A stretch of 64,000 bases of DNA from Lama glama. Its lineage: Eukaryota. The position numbers were made by a program, and so were the translations under genes. This document shows positions 1 through 12,906 of the stretch, piece by piece. The stretch is taken from assembly GCA_028534125.1 (NCBI GenBank), contig CM052816.1:74526001-74590000 (forward strand), in the 5' to 3' direction. The stretch's first letter is position 1. Every line of letters begins with the position of its first letter. The notes below the pieces were generated by a model. It had not been told where the DNA came from. It searched no databases and saw only the letters and a list, made by a program, of their open reading frames with translations.

Positions 1-879
1 GATTTATGGGACAAAAACCAGTACAGAAGTTGGGTAACATTAATTTTGTTCTTTTAAAATAATGTGTATGGCCTCTTTAGTTCTGGGTTAAGGCTAGCAT
101 CCATCTTTTCAAGTTTTGAGATAGTAAAATCAGATGTAATGACACTGAATTTAGGATAAGAAACATTTCCATACTGGAGTTTCAAGGCACTACGATGTGA
201 AACTCTTGCCTAATGAAACTCTGCCTATCGTTAAAGTTTCCTTTAGGAAAAGAAAATGACACCATTAAAATATTTCTCATGTAGGGAAAGGTTTTATATC
301 AAATAGAAGTGTTTCTCCAGATAAACTTTGAAATGGAGATCTGAGATGTTAGCCTATCAAAAATACCTCATGTTCCTCTTGTTTGTTTGTACCCTTGGTT
401 TCTGAGAAGACAGGAAAGGATAAAATATTATGACAACTGTTAATTCTATATCTATACTGCTATGAACTGATCTGTAAGTGAGAGGCTACTCATCTGTAAG
501 GTAAGATTGTTCCGGAACGTACATGGTAGTTTGATACGTTCAAACAACTTGTTAAATTCTAGCTGCCAGTGATAACTACCTACTGAAGAGCTGTTTCAAA
601 ACAGTAACTGATTTACTGTTTAGCCAGGCTTTCTTCCCCAAATTTTGTGTATACAATACTGGATTTTCAAATAAATGACAAACTTATAAAATCCTATCCT
701 GAAGGATTTCTACAGTGCATTCCCTCAATAGAAAGAATCTCATCTGCTATAGATTTGCTCCTGGTTGAAGTTCAGAATTCTCTGGCTCTGAGAATGGCAT
801 TTTTCAGCTGCTGTATGAAATCTGCGTCCTTTCATAATTCAGATAAATGTCAAAAAGGGAAGCTTGCAAAGGGGGAGGC

Positions 880-1130
880 ACCGTTCATTTACTCAGCAAG
901 TGTTTGTTGGCTACAACCAGAGTTATCCTAAATACCATGCTAGATACAGAGACAGATAAATCAGACACGACTTACCAAAACTTCAAAAAGCTTATAGTCT
1001 GATAGGAAAGATGACAGAAACACAAAAATATAGTATAACTTACAACTTTATGTAAATGTAGATTATTTATGCAAGATGTTTGTAACAAAGGGCTAAAATG
1101 GGCAAAGAATCTGATAGAGTGTCAGGAAAG
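880..1130 (-). mobile_element. L2 LINE 3' fragment
   Basis: ttcatttactcagcaagtgtttgttg...atgctagatacagagacag...agcttatagtctgatagg is a typical reverse-orientation L2 3' end. Confidence 0.5.
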
Positions 1131-1169
1131 ACTTTATGAAGACCATGGTGGTATCTTGAAGATGATGGA

Positions 1170-1500
1170 ATTTGTACCCACAGAGACAAAGCTCTATATG
1201 TAACTACATCTCCAACATCTAATTGCAGCTTACATGCCACCTCTTCCCTGACCCCTCTATCTAAAATAGAACCTTCCTCTAATTCACTGTCAGAGCATCC
1301 TGTTCTTTTCCTTCTGACACTCTTACACAATTTGTAAGTACATATTGGTCTATTGACTTGATTATTATCTGTTGCTTCTCCATTAGATTCAAAGCTCCAA
1401 GAAGTACAACCACTTTAGTTGTGTTCCCTAACGTATATCTAGATCTGAGTACAGGGCTCAGCCCACAGGAAGGGATTAGTAAATAAATGTTATGAATCAA
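1170..1500 (+). mobile_element. L2 LINE 3' fragment
   Basis: ttagattcaaagctccaaga...gtacagggctcagcccacaggaag...taaatgttatgaat resembles a degenerate L2 terminus. Confidence 0.5.
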
Positions 1501-2139
1501 TTCTAGCTGAAAAAAATAGTCTGAACAAAGAGGTAGCAGTGGATGAAAAAGAATCACTTAGGAAATAGCAAATATTTTAAAAATGAGGGTTGAAATACAA
1601 GGTGAAGTGAAATGGAAATTAAGGTTGGGAGGTAGGTTGGGAATAGATTGTGGGAGACTGAACGCCAAGCTAAGGAAACTTGGACTTTACTACTTAGACA
1701 CAATAGCCTTATTTTCCCAATCATAAATTTAGATACACTATATACTCATGGGCCAGAGGGTCTATCTGAAAAGGACTGTTTCAGAAAAACTGAGGCATAA
1801 GATGACATATGTAAAGACAGGAAGAAAGCACTGGAAATTCTTGGAGAGAAGACATGAGATGATTGTTGAATATGGATACTGAAAAATCTAATAGTTACTG
1901 AAGGGTCTTCATCAATAGATTTCTTCATCTGAAAGATAAGACATCTCCAAATTTTGCCCACACAACTCATTGCTCCCCAAAGCTTTCAGCAGCAGCTGAG
2001 GCGGCCATGACGATGCATCTCTCAGGTCTCCTGCTGCAGGAAGAACCGCGGCCCCTGCCCTCAGGGGCTGTGCTCTGACACCCATCCAGCAACGACTTAG
2101 CATAACAAGGACACCAAGGCGGCCCCATTCCTGGGAGAT

Positions 2140-2183
2140 GGGGGTGGGGTGGGGGGGTGGGGGGGTGGGGGTGGGGGTGGTGG
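2140..2183 (+). repeat. G-rich (G4-7 T)n tract, potential G-quadruplex
   Basis: Six runs of 4-7 G separated by single T. Confidence 0.85.
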
Positions 2184-2224
2184 TGTTCCTCTGTCAGGTG
2201 GCTCTGGCTTGAAGAGGGGGACGA

Positions 2225-2320
2225 GACTGATGGACTGATTGATTACGGAGGTACTGGGAACAGAACCCAGGACCTTGTGCATGCTAAGCATGCGCTCTAC
2301 CACTGAGCTACACCCTCCCC
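2225..2320 (-). mobile_element. tRNA-Ala-derived SINE (camelid Vic-1-like)
   Basis: Minus strand GGGGAGGGTGTAGCTCAGTGGTAGAGCGCATGCTTAGCATGCACAAGGTCCTGGGTTCTGTTCCCAGTACCTCC, with A box, AGC anticodon loop, degenerate B box and a (CAAT/CAGT)-like tail. Confidence 0.85.
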
Positions 2321-2377
2321 TCCCAACTCCACATTGGCTTTGCCAAAACTTTCCTAGCATGTACTGCAACTAAGACT

Positions 2378-2445
2378 TTTCCTCTCTCCCTCTTTCCTTC
2401 CTTCCTTCCTTCTCTCCCTCCTTCCCTTTTTCCATTCCTTCCTTG
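2378..2445 (+). repeat. (TTCC/CT)n pyrimidine-rich low-complexity tract
   Basis: cctctctccctctttccttccttccttccttctctccctccttccc. Confidence 0.8.
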
Positions 2446-3514
2446 GTTTCTTTTATTCTTCACAGGGATCAGAACCACACTGTAGTCCGACAACTCTCCC
2501 AGTCTCCTCTGGTTCCTTCCCCATTTTCCCTCACCCAGCATTTCCTCTACTAAATCTCCCACACATCTAATCTCCCTGTCAATCTCTCTCAGGTCTGCGT
2601 CTCAGACAACCCGGGCTAACAGAGCAGTCAAACCTGACATTCTCAGAATCACAACAGCTTGTGAAGCGGAAATGATTTCAATTGGTCAGCCACCAGCAAG
2701 CTGCTGTAAGAGACCCCAAACCATTGTATCATGACTTTACGAGCCACTCAGCTTTGTTTCTTCTCCTGAGAGTGAAGTGTGCGCACTAGGTCAAGAGTCT
2801 GGCAAGCTTTGAGATGAAAAGAGACTCTCGAGGACTAGAGGGGTTCAGACTCTGGTCAGCCTCGTTGCCAGGGTGCACCCAGAGGCGGGGAGACATGGCT
2901 CATCTTGGCATCCAGGTTTCTCTCTTACTTTTCGTTTTCCCCTCGAACAGGCTATCCTCACTCTTCTCTATATTCTTGTGATTTTCTGTCTGGTCTTCTT
3001 CCTTTAGAAATTTCCTGTCCCTCCTTTGACACATGAATAAAAAAAGAGGAGTAACTCCTATCACACACTTCTAACGTCCCACTTCCTGCCAGTCAAGGGC
3101 CTTCCTGAGAGATCTGTCTGTCAAGAGTCTTTCATGCCTTCTGATTTACTATTTAAAGCTATGTTTGCATTTTAGTGTCAGTCACTAAGGCCACTTCATC
3201 TTCCAAGGCTTTTCTTGGTCCTTGGACCACTATTTTCCCTTCCTGAGCACTGTACCAAATGACAGAGAACACTGATGTTAAGGTTGATTTTGAATTACAG
3301 AAAAAGAGACTGAGATTTCAAATGATGGCCGAAAAGCATTCATCTTGAGAAAGCAAAAGATGACAGTGTTCACAACAGAGCAGAAATCAATCTGGCCCAC
3401 TTTGTGTCCTCCTAACGTACTAATATATTTCCATTTTTGAACCTATGACCTAGAATCTGCTGTCCCTCTGAACTCAGTTAGGACGCTTTATCTGAGGTTC
3501 TTATAAGAAGTTCC

Positions 3515-4436
3515 TGTGGGCAGACACCACTGGTTACCCAACAGCCAGGAACCAAATTACGCCAACCCATGGCTAGATCGGGATTAATATAAACCAGTGA
3601 AAGTATCCTTTGTTTACCTTATGTTCATCCTTATGACATCGTTTGCAACTGGAGGTGGCACGTGAAAGAGTTCTGACTAAAGAGTCTTAAGTGGAAGTTG
3701 GCTGAAGGCTTCTGGAAAACCTTTTGATGCTTTACAAAATGGACAGGTGCAAGAGAAGAGCCTGCTGACCCCATCTCCTACCTTCAGGCCTTGAATATGC
3801 GTGTGATGTCTGGAGTGTTAGCTGTCATCTGGCCACTAAGCAGTGATAATCATGAGGCCCCGAAGTGATCACACTAGGGGTGGAGCAGAAACTGAGGAAG
3901 AGCTTGAGATCTGGATGACGCCTTAAGCTGCCAAACCAAACCCCAAACCTGAGACCACTTACTTTTTTTTTATTGAAGTAGAGTCAGTTTACAGTGTGTC
4001 AATTTCTGGTGTACAGCATAGTATTTCAGTCACACATATACACACATATATTCGCTTTCATATTCTTTTTCATTATAGGTTACTATAAGGTACTGAATAT
4101 AGTTCCCTGTGCTATACAATATAAATTGTCATTGATCTGTTTTATATATAGTTAGTATTTGCAAATCTCGAACTCCCAATTTATCCCTTCCCATCCCCTT
4201 ACCCCCAGTAATCATAAGTTTGTTTACTATGTCTCTGAGTCTGTTTATGTTTCATAGATAAGTTCATTAGTGGCTTCTTTTTTCTTTTTTTTAGATTCCA
4301 CATATGAGTGATATCATATGGTATTTTTCTAAGACCACTTACTTCTAAATTTATTTTTAAGTAAGCAGTAAATGTCTATATGGCTCTAGCCACTGTTAAT
4401 GGGATATACTGTTATTTGCACCAAAAATAATTTAAA
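3515..4436 (+). mobile_element. MaLR MLT1-type solo LTR, split by an L1 insertion
   Basis: MLT1-like body (gagttctgactaaagag...ggaagttggctgaaggcttctggaaa; gccttgaatatgcgtgtgatgtctggag) and 3' end gccactgttaatgggatatactgttatttgcacc. Confidence 0.6.
3965..4331 (-). mobile_element. 5'-truncated L1 (3'UTR) with 13-bp TSD
   Basis: PolyT followed by attgaagtagagtcagtttac...tagattccacatatgagtgatatcatatgg. Perfect TSD AGACCACTTACTT at 3952-3964 and 4332-4344. Confidence 0.92.
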
Positions 4437-4444
4437 GCCCCCCC

Positions 4445-4737
4445 GCCTCCTCCTCTGTTTCTGGCAGAGACTGTGCTCCACCAGACAGTTCTGGTCATGT
4501 GGTTCCTCTCCCACTGCTCAGCCCCACCTGGGATCTAGAAGCTGCTTTCTCCCCTTACCCTTTCAGACGTGCGGGCAGTAAAGGCTCTCAGCTATTGCTA
4601 GCCCTGCGTCCCTCACCATCCTTGGTTGGTTTCCTTAACCCTGTGGACCCTTTTGTAAAGAGACACATCAGTACACTCTCCCTAGTTAAACTTTTTACAT
4701 GTCATCTTTTTTTCACCCTGGACCCAGACTGATAAAA
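4445..4737 (+). mobile_element. ERVL LTR fragment (LTR33-like)
   Basis: 3' end ccttaaccctgtggacccttttgtaaa...ccctggacccagactgataaa resembles LTR33 termini. Confidence 0.45.
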
Positions 4738-5439
4738 TGGATTTCTATACACATTGAGTTTCAGTTTTTGATTCCACAATACTGAGAATTTTCAAAAACA
4801 AGCACCTTAAAAGCTGCCAGAAAATGTAGGGTAGGATGAGGTTCTAGGCTGGTAGATTTTAATGGAAACAAACCAACCAACCCTTTGCTTTCTAACACTT
4901 GGTAGTAGAAGTGAAGGTAGAAGTTGAGTTTCTTAAACAGGCATAAGAAAAAAATGCAGAATATGCAGTACCATGTCTTATTTCACCATCATCTCTTGTT
5001 CCTTACATTCTGTAACTTATCTCTGAAATCTATTTCTGTTTTTGGTTAGTTTAACTTGAAGATTCAAAAAACGAGGACTGAATGTTCTGTACGTACAGCA
5101 CTTTAGTGTAACCAGGGCTTTCAATCTTTGATAACAATCCGCAAATATAATTTGCATTTGGCCCATGTGCTCATCACTTAGGTCCGTGTGCCACCAAACA
5201 ATACCTACCATTACTACGAGCGATATACTCTTCCACATTAAAGACAGTATATGTCTTCCTCTTCTGTTCTACTCCTTTTCTTTAAGATAGAATACTAGTT
5301 GAGACTTTTACTAAACAAATTTCATGGCAGTCTGACGGTTGCACTTATGGTGTAAAAAACATTGCTGAATACACTTAACTTTTTAATGAAAAGGATCTAA
5401 ATCCATGACATAAAAGTGTGGTCTAGTGGAGAGGGTTAA

Positions 5440-5625
5440 CAAAAATACTAACATTTGTATTGTCTAATAGTCTAAAAAGAATTGTCACATATATTGATTT
5501 AATTTAATAGCCACAATAATCCAGTAAGATAAATAAGGCTCTCATTTCCATTCCTATATGAGAAAAGCAGTGATCATGAGATTAAACAATTTGTTCATGT
5601 TCACACTGCCAGAAAACATAGGTTT
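5440..5625 (-). mobile_element. MIR SINE fragment
   Basis: taacatttgtattg...ttaatttaatagccacaataatccagtaagat...atgagaaaagcagtg...gagattaaacaatttgttcatgttcacac is a MIR core. Confidence 0.55.
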
Positions 5626-7284
5626 TCATCTTCTGATGCTGACCTCCTAACGCTTTGACTCTTCTAAGTTAGCAGTAGATAATCAGAATCAGCCCAAACT
5701 GTAGCTGAGAAAGTCAATAACCTCAACTGCAAAGCAATAAAGATATTTACCTCTTTCCTGTTGCCAGGAAATCTTGAAAGTAGATTGAAGCATTGGATGT
5801 TTTCAACACTCGAAAATTTTAGGAGCAAGTTAGCAGTAAGTTTTTATCAATGATATCAAACCTCTGCTGTTCTCACCTTTGTCCCCGCTCTGTGCGTCAA
5901 AGATTGCTACTCTACTGGAATCAGCCTCCTCCTCTTGTCTCTCCAAATCCTGCCCCCTTTAATATTCAAAATGTTCCTTCTCCTCCATGCAGTCTTCCTG
6001 ACCAACGCCTGTCTACCCTGATGCGTCCAATTTTCTGAATTCTACCATCATTTATGTATTACAACAGCATTTAGCAACTGATAATGGTGCCTCGTTATTT
6101 TGTTTTTATACGTGTCAATCTTTTCTTCCTGATGAGACTGTAAGCTCTCTCAGAATAAGAACTTTTATGACTGTATCTTTTTCATCCCTCAGCACAACAT
6201 GGAACATCTCATAGATGTTTTAAGAAAATCATTAACTCTTAATAAATCCCAGACTTATTTTTCTTCTCTGCTTGTTTCTTTCCCTCTTTTATTTTTAATA
6301 GTTTCTAAAATTTCAGACGAGGGACAGAAAACTTTTTGAGCTGTAAGTCCCATTAAAAAGAAACTGTAGCACATAATGAGTTTGCATTAAATGTTTACGA
6401 GATGAATAAAAAGCTGAATGAAAGACAGAAAGGATGAAAACAAGCACAACTGAAATAGTAACAGGTTCTGCAGTATTTGACATCTAAGGGCAATTACATT
6501 ATTTATCTTTAATACAAAATTATAATAAATCAGATTAGATTTTAGCGATTAATGACATCAATCCTGTCAGGGATGAGAGAAGGGAGGGGAGCAGTAGGAG
6601 AATTCCGTTTGCCTTAACACTTTAATGAGATTTCGGAAAATAACAAATCTATGATGTGCTTGGGACTAATTTCTTCTTTGGGACAACTGCTTCAGAACCA
6701 CTTAGAAAAATATATCTATTATTGGGTCAAGGTGCCTAGTATCCCTTTTGCAACGAAGTGAGTTTTTTTTTTTCTTCAAATGCCTGGATCAGCAATTCCT
6801 ATGAATAAATTAAAATAAATAAGTAGAAGATTGCACCAGCAATTGTACAAACCATGGCTGAAGACAACTGATTATTTATTGTGTGGTAAACACAGTGGAA
6901 TTAGTGGTTTGGAGGAGTGAAAAAGGAAGAAATCAAACAAGGGAAGATTCTGGTCCTTCTCAAAAGATATTCTTTTCTGAGGTTACAGTGAGATCTAGTA
7001 AGACTTGATTCAGATTTCTGGACACAGACTGGTAACTGGTGACCATTTAATACTATGTGAAGATGAAGCAATTTCTGTAGTGACTAATGGTAAGTTAGTA
7101 AATGGGGGAGAGAATATTATGGCATCCAACTGCTCTCTGGGCCAGAACTTGCTTAATTCTGAATCAGTTCAAAGAACTTAGGCACAGCCTTGGGTAACAT
7201 GGAGGAAAGGGTCACATTCCACGCCTAGAGGCTGAGTTGATATTCATCTGTTGTCACCGGTACAGCTGCCAGTCACGGGGGCCA

Positions 7285-7670
7285 CTGTGATGTGCTGTCC
7301 AGACCCCTTCAATGAAGGACTTGTTGTTCCAGATGCTGTAAGTGCTTCAGGCCAACAGTTTATTCTCAGCCCCTTCTAGGGGCTGCCTCAACCAAGGGCA
7401 AGACCCCTCCCACATTCAGTGAGTGATCCATGTCAGGGAAGATGGCCTGGCCATCTCCGCCCTATGGGAAATGACTGCAAAGGCCCATTCCAGCTGCCGA
7501 GCTCCCCGGGGGTCGGCGGAGGCTGTCCCCGGGCCTGCCCTGCAGCCCGACTTCCCGCTCTGTCCGCTCTCTCTCTTCCACGGGCTCTGACTGACAAGTG
7601 CCCTTAATAAGCACCCTGGGCTTCCCTGCTCGTCGGTAAAAAGCTACCAGCACAATCTCCTGAGAGCCCC
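7285..7670 (+). mobile_element. ERVL solo LTR (LTR16A-like)
   Basis: ccagaccccttcaatgaaggacttgttgttccag...ggcctggccatctccgcc...cccttaataagcaccctg. Confidence 0.55.
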
Positions 7671-9345
7671 ACTCCCCGAACTGCCTCCCCAGCTGCCTCC
7701 CTGGAACTTTCTCAACCTTTCTTATGATCCAGGAACTAAAAGAGTAAAGCCCAGCCCAGCAGAGCCCTGCTCTAGGGTTCGGTCCCGGTGCCCAGGTCTG
7801 GCATCTGACCGCTTGGACAAGACCTGTTCGTCAATCTCTTAAATGTGACCTTGGCCTACTGAAGCCAAGTGGGCAGCAAAAATGTCTGAAGCAGCCTGGA
7901 GCGGGGTGGGGGAGGTGGACAAGTAGAGAGTGTCCACTCCATCTAAAAGGGGCAGTGGCTACTTAGTTCCAGACCACTGTCTTCATGATGCAGGCCCAGG
8001 TGTGTCCAATGAGTCAAAGAAAAGCCAGAAATAAGAATTTTTGTTAAATCCTTTAAATTTTAAATGATATCAAGTACTCTAACTTTATAAAAAATGCTGC
8101 CTGGGTGCCGCAAAACATGCCCATGAGTTCGATCTGGCCTGTGGACATCAGTTTGTGGGCGATTCAAGAGCTCTCTGGTCCACATCACCCTAGGAGGCCA
8201 CTGTCAGTAGCATGGTTGGTGGCTGGCTGGCTTGTCTACTTTCTGCCTGATCTGGTATCTGCGGAGCTATGGAAATGCCCCAGTTTATGCCCCAAGTCAG
8301 AAGACCAGGCCAAGGTCAAGGAGCTTAACCTGAAACGCATCTCAGTCACGGCTTCCCAGGAGGCAGGTGACCCTGACCCAGGCCGTCTAATGCTGTTGAT
8401 CTCCTACAGAATAGCTTCGCCCACAGCCCCTGGCAGTGGCTGCACAGAGAGCTCAAAAACTCCACTTTACACTTTTTTCAAACTGAGAAACTGAATAACC
8501 CAAAGCTTTGAAATTGTGCCAGATAATCTGATTTTAAATGAAGAAGAGCCCTCGAGATGCTCCTGCCTACACATACTTTTCATATTTCACATTCATATCT
8601 GCACACTCCACTGACATATCTATTTTCTTAAGTTTTTCCTTTTAAGATGTTCTCAAGTAATTCATCCTTTAAAAAAAAGAAAAAGGTTTTAAGAGGCTTT
8701 GGCTTTCTGTATTTTCCCAAGATCTCAATCCAGATCTACAGAAATCAGTTTCTTGAAGACAACAGGACAAAGAAAATTCTAGAACTATTGGCAGAAGATG
8801 GGTCTGATAAACTCAAGATGCAAGTATACGGGAGTTCTGGGGGCTCATAGCTGTTTACGTGCATCCAACTGTCTTTAAAACTGAAGGACAGTGGACAGTT
8901 ACTTAAATGATGAAAGATTCTTTCTCTAGACTCAAGGTACATTGCTTTTCTAATTTATCTTTTGGAAAGGAGTAGGGTAACTTTAAATGTGAAGACTACT
9001 GTTTTGACAGTGAGTGAACATTCCCTTTAAGAACTGGTCCGGGCCAAGCCCTGAAAGGCCCCAGTGTTGCCACCAGAACAAAGAGAGAGCCTCCAGTGGT
9101 ACCCTGCACACTAATTTGGGAAATTTCACACATGGTCCCCCCTCAGGTAATGGAGTGGTGCCCATGGGTGTTTTCAGAATTCTTTCAAAGACACAAATCT
9201 CATTCTTTCAGTCCCCTGATTATTCCAAGGTCTTTCTAATCCTAAAAGGAAAAAGCTCAAAACTCCTTAGCAAGACATGAAACTTGCCCTTGACACCCTG
9301 GCCGTGAACCCCTCTTCCACTCTTATCTCTACTTGCACTCTGGAC

Positions 9346-9510
9346 GAGGGGACACTCTGGGGCCTCTCATGAGGGCACTAATCCCAATCATGGCGGCTCC
9401 ACTCTCGTGACCTAATCAACTCCCACAGGCCCACCTGCTAATACCATCGCCTTGGGGACTGCAGTTTCAATAGATGAATTCTGGGGCATGCAGACATTCA
9501 GCCCACAGCA
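9346..9510 (-). mobile_element. MaLR MLT1A-C type LTR 5' fragment
   Basis: gggcactaatcccaatcatg...gacctaatcaactcccacaggcccacctgctaataccatc...cattcagcccacagca. Confidence 0.75.
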
Positions 9511-10188
9511 GTCCACCACCCAGGTACCCAGACAGGCACCTGGACAACACTGAAACACTCTCTGTACCTTCATCTTCCTACCATTGGTCTGCCTTGCTTC
9601 CTCTGCCATGAACTCCCACTCTGTCACGTTACTCCAGTGATCAGGAGTCTCTACTCATCACTAAATACCCAACTCAAATAATCTTCCTTTCTTCACTTTT
9701 ATTTGACCCATTTCAGAGCTATAATTATTTCTTCTTCATGTCTGCATATTGACTATCTTACACTTAAATCCGTAAAAAAAATGTTATCTATGTTGTCTTG
9801 AAGGTCTTGAAGGAGTCCTCAGTAAATTGTCACTGGGTTTCCCACTTAGTACCGGACACACAGCGGGAGACAGTAATCATTTCTAACAATATCACTCTGC
9901 CCTCAGGGCCCCCCAGCCTCCTGGCGAATCTATGGTGTTTGCACCATCCAGCACCTGCAAATGAACCTGACTGTCCACCATGGACACCAGGGCCTGAAGC
10001 TAAGTAAGCCATTCAGGAAAACTCATTCTTCCTTCAAAATGACAGTTTCCCTGGTCATTGGAAAACACTTAGGAGCAACGCTGGAGGACCTAGTTATTAG
10101 TTTTTCCTTGACCTTGCACTGGAAACCTGGATGCCTGTGTTGGCACCTTTCTTGGCAGGACAAAGTACTCTTCTAGGTTGTTCTTACC

Positions 10189-10638
10189 TAGTGGTATGCT
10201 GGAATCAGCTCTTAAGCATTTTCAGGAATTTTGTGAGCTGGTTATTAAACACAGCCAATGTTAAAAATTAAATTATATTAAAAATAAATGTAATAAAGAC
10301 TAAAAAACCCATCACTTCATAATTATTTCACTATATTTATATTTTATAATTATATAAGTATAATTATTTTACTATATTTATAATTTATATATTTAATTGT
10401 TGTCTACGATTTTGAGGTTATTTATGTCTGTTGTATCTGCATGGTGGAAATACCGGTAATAGTGGACTTCTGTGACTCTCTTCCCAATGCTACTTTCAGT
10501 CATGCTGGTAGCTTGCAACTGGCCATGGTGGGAATATTAATACTACGGAAATCAGCAAGTACTACAAATCACTGCTTCCCCTTCCCCTCTCTCCTCAACA
10601 CCAAGAGCAGTTGCTCAACATTTACCAGCATTCCACTG
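10189..10638 (+). mobile_element. hAT DNA transposon MITE (MER63-like)
   Basis: TIRs TAGTGGTATGCTGG / CCAGCATTCCACTG, with internal ttttcaggaattttgtgagctggttattaaacacagcc and ggccatggtgggaatatt. Confidence 0.8.
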
Positions 10639-12039
10639 TAAACAGTCCTTGCCAACTCCCTTGAGTAACTAAACCCAACCAACAGCCTGGAGCGGTCACC
10701 CAGCCTTTTCTAATCATCCCCCACTGTGTCCTAGGGTGCTGTCACCCTCCAGCCTCACAATCTTACATGTTGAAATGGAACAAGTTACCGGCAGAGTGGA
10801 GTGCAATGCTCAGGGATTACCCTTTCAATTAGCCTGGTGAGCTGAGAGAGCTCAAGACTCATCTCCCTACAAGCTGGCTTCCAAGAAAAGGGGCTGCCTT
10901 TCTGCAAAGCACTATGGAAGAGTTCTCACCCGATGCTTAAGGCAATCAACTCCATTCAACCTGAAGGCTGGGAGCTCAGACACTTGAACATGCCAGGAGA
11001 GAGGATGGGGCTCCTGGTTAACCACAAGCCCTAAGCCGGCAGGATTAGGCTGGAACCAAAGTCCCAACATATATTTCTATTGTCTCCTGGCTCCTGATCA
11101 CACCAGGGGAGAAGCCAGTGCTTCCCTCACCAGGTGCGTAAAAATCCCACAGTCTGAGGCCCTGCAAGACCATTTATGTGCTGCCCTGGGGCGGGAACAG
11201 GCAAGGCGGGAGCCGCACATCCGCTTCTGCTGCTGCCTCCTAGGGTTCCCCTGAGGGCTGCTCCAGCCTTTGTGCTAAGGATGCTGCTTTCCCTCGCTTG
11301 TAAGATCCTCTCACAGCAGTTTGTACCTATTTATTTCTCTTCATTTTCCTTAGAGGAAGGGACCCATTTCATTCATCTCAGAACACTGATGAGGCACCTA
11401 TTATGTGCTATGTGCTGGGGTAGGCTCTGAATACAGTGATGAATAAAGCAGGCCTGGTGAAAAGTCAGTGGTGAATTAACATTAACTCTACCTGGCTACA
11501 AAAGCTGGCTGCAATTCCCCGATTCTTCTTCGTACTCTCAACCTGCTTCTGCCATACTCGTGATTGGGTAGCCCTTTCTATTTCTAAATATACACCATCA
11601 GAACGCTCTCCTAATTGACCTCTCAGCCTTTAATTTTCTACCTTCTTATTTATTTTAGAAACGGAAGTGAGACTCCATCCTTAACAGGAAGCGGTTACTC
11701 AACTTTTCCCCAGCTCCCATCCTCAGCTGTCTTTTCAATCAAATGAAAACATAATAAGGCAATCAGCTCTGGTACCCCAGGCAGACAGATCTCCTTACTG
11801 CCCTCAGGATGTCACTCACTCACTCCACAGCTGCATCTTTGTTCCAGCCAATCTCGCACATTAAACACCCTGCGTCTGGAGCAACCAACTTCCTTTTCCT
11901 CCTAAGCTCCACTTAAGATCCATTTCATGAATGAAACCTTATACAGCTAACTACTCGGTCTGCACCACTCCAGGTACTTCAACAGCCCCTCTACACTGGA
12001 TCACATGTTTCTCATTCATTCATTCTTTCATTCCCGTTG

Positions 12040-12500
12040 GAGATTAAACAAATACACAGTAAGACATTTTAAGAAACATACACAATGAAACATATGAAGG
12101 AAACTAATCAGAGCAAAGGAAAAACAAGATCCAAAGAATAAGCTAGTTTCAGGGAAAAGTTCCGATAGCAATAATGCCATCGGACCCTTGACTAAGAAAT
12201 GAATCTAAGTTGGATTTTCAGCTCTTGCCTTCCTGGAGACCAAAGCAGCCCAGAAAGGACAGCTGTGAGATTTATAGTGGCCACAAGGTGAAGATACACC
12301 AGATTCTGAGGAGAAGCAGGGTTTTCACTACAGTGTGCGCCATTCCTCCAGTGGGTCATTATAAAAGGGAACTGTGTGTTCTGCTTCGTTGCTGAGATGA
12401 TGGTAAGTCATTTCTCAGGCCTGCTTCTTATAAAATGGAAATCAGCTGTGGCAATCCTGCGCCAGGCACGGGTGGTGAGATGAGGAGGCAATACTGAGTG
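12040..12500. mobile_element. Ancient unclassified interspersed repeat (MamRep605-like, tentative)
   Basis: ccttcctggagaccaaagcag...accagattctgaggagaagcag resembles this family as recalled; needs a Dfam check. Confidence 0.3.
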
Positions 12501-12619
12501 GCCAATGAACATACCCTGGCTTCCACCAATCATTGCAGGAAACTTTGTGAAACCAGAATTTGGCATCATTTATTAGTATTTATTTGGGGCCTTAGATTGT
12601 GATTTTCTAGGAAAACATG

Positions 12620-12906
12620 TTGTGAAAATATTCTGTTAGTGGGTCCACAAAGTCAAAACGATCATTATGATAATACTAAGCTATTACCTGTCTCTTTCAC
12701 GAGTGTTCTGTGGAGATTTCCAGGCGCTACATGACATGTGATGATGTCATTGCTCTGATGACTATGTGTTGTTTTAAATCTCTCTCAGGTTTAATTTCTT
12801 ACACAGTAAAATCATGAAAACCCCTATAAGCGAAAGCTCCTCAATGTCCAGTAATTTGGAAGCATATACCCCGGGGCCCGGAGACACAAAACTCTGGGAA
12901 CTGCTG
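12620..12906. mobile_element. hAT-Charlie fragment (MER119-like)
   Basis: gtcaaaacgatcattatgataatactaag...ctttcacgagtgttctgtggagatttccaggcgctacatgacatgtgatg, ending tgggaactgctg (TIR-like). Confidence 0.55.

Larger units (their letters stand above)
1985..2621 (+). mobile_element. ERVL solo LTR (LTR16-like), interrupted by a G-tract, a SINE and a pyrimidine repeat
   Basis: Contains aaggcggccccattcctgggagatg and cattggctttgccaaaactttcctag, and ends tctgcgtctcagacaacccgggctaaca, all LTR16-like. Confidence 0.6.

Noticed and set aside
2247..2320. Apparent tRNA-Ala(AGC) gene
   Set aside because: Damaged T-loop/B box, simple-repeat tail and a second diverged copy at 44465 indicate a SINE, not a functional tRNA.
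2097..2562. Pro-rich and Arg/Gly/Glu-rich ORFs
   Set aside because: These are translations of the G-tract, SINE and (TTCC)n repeat.
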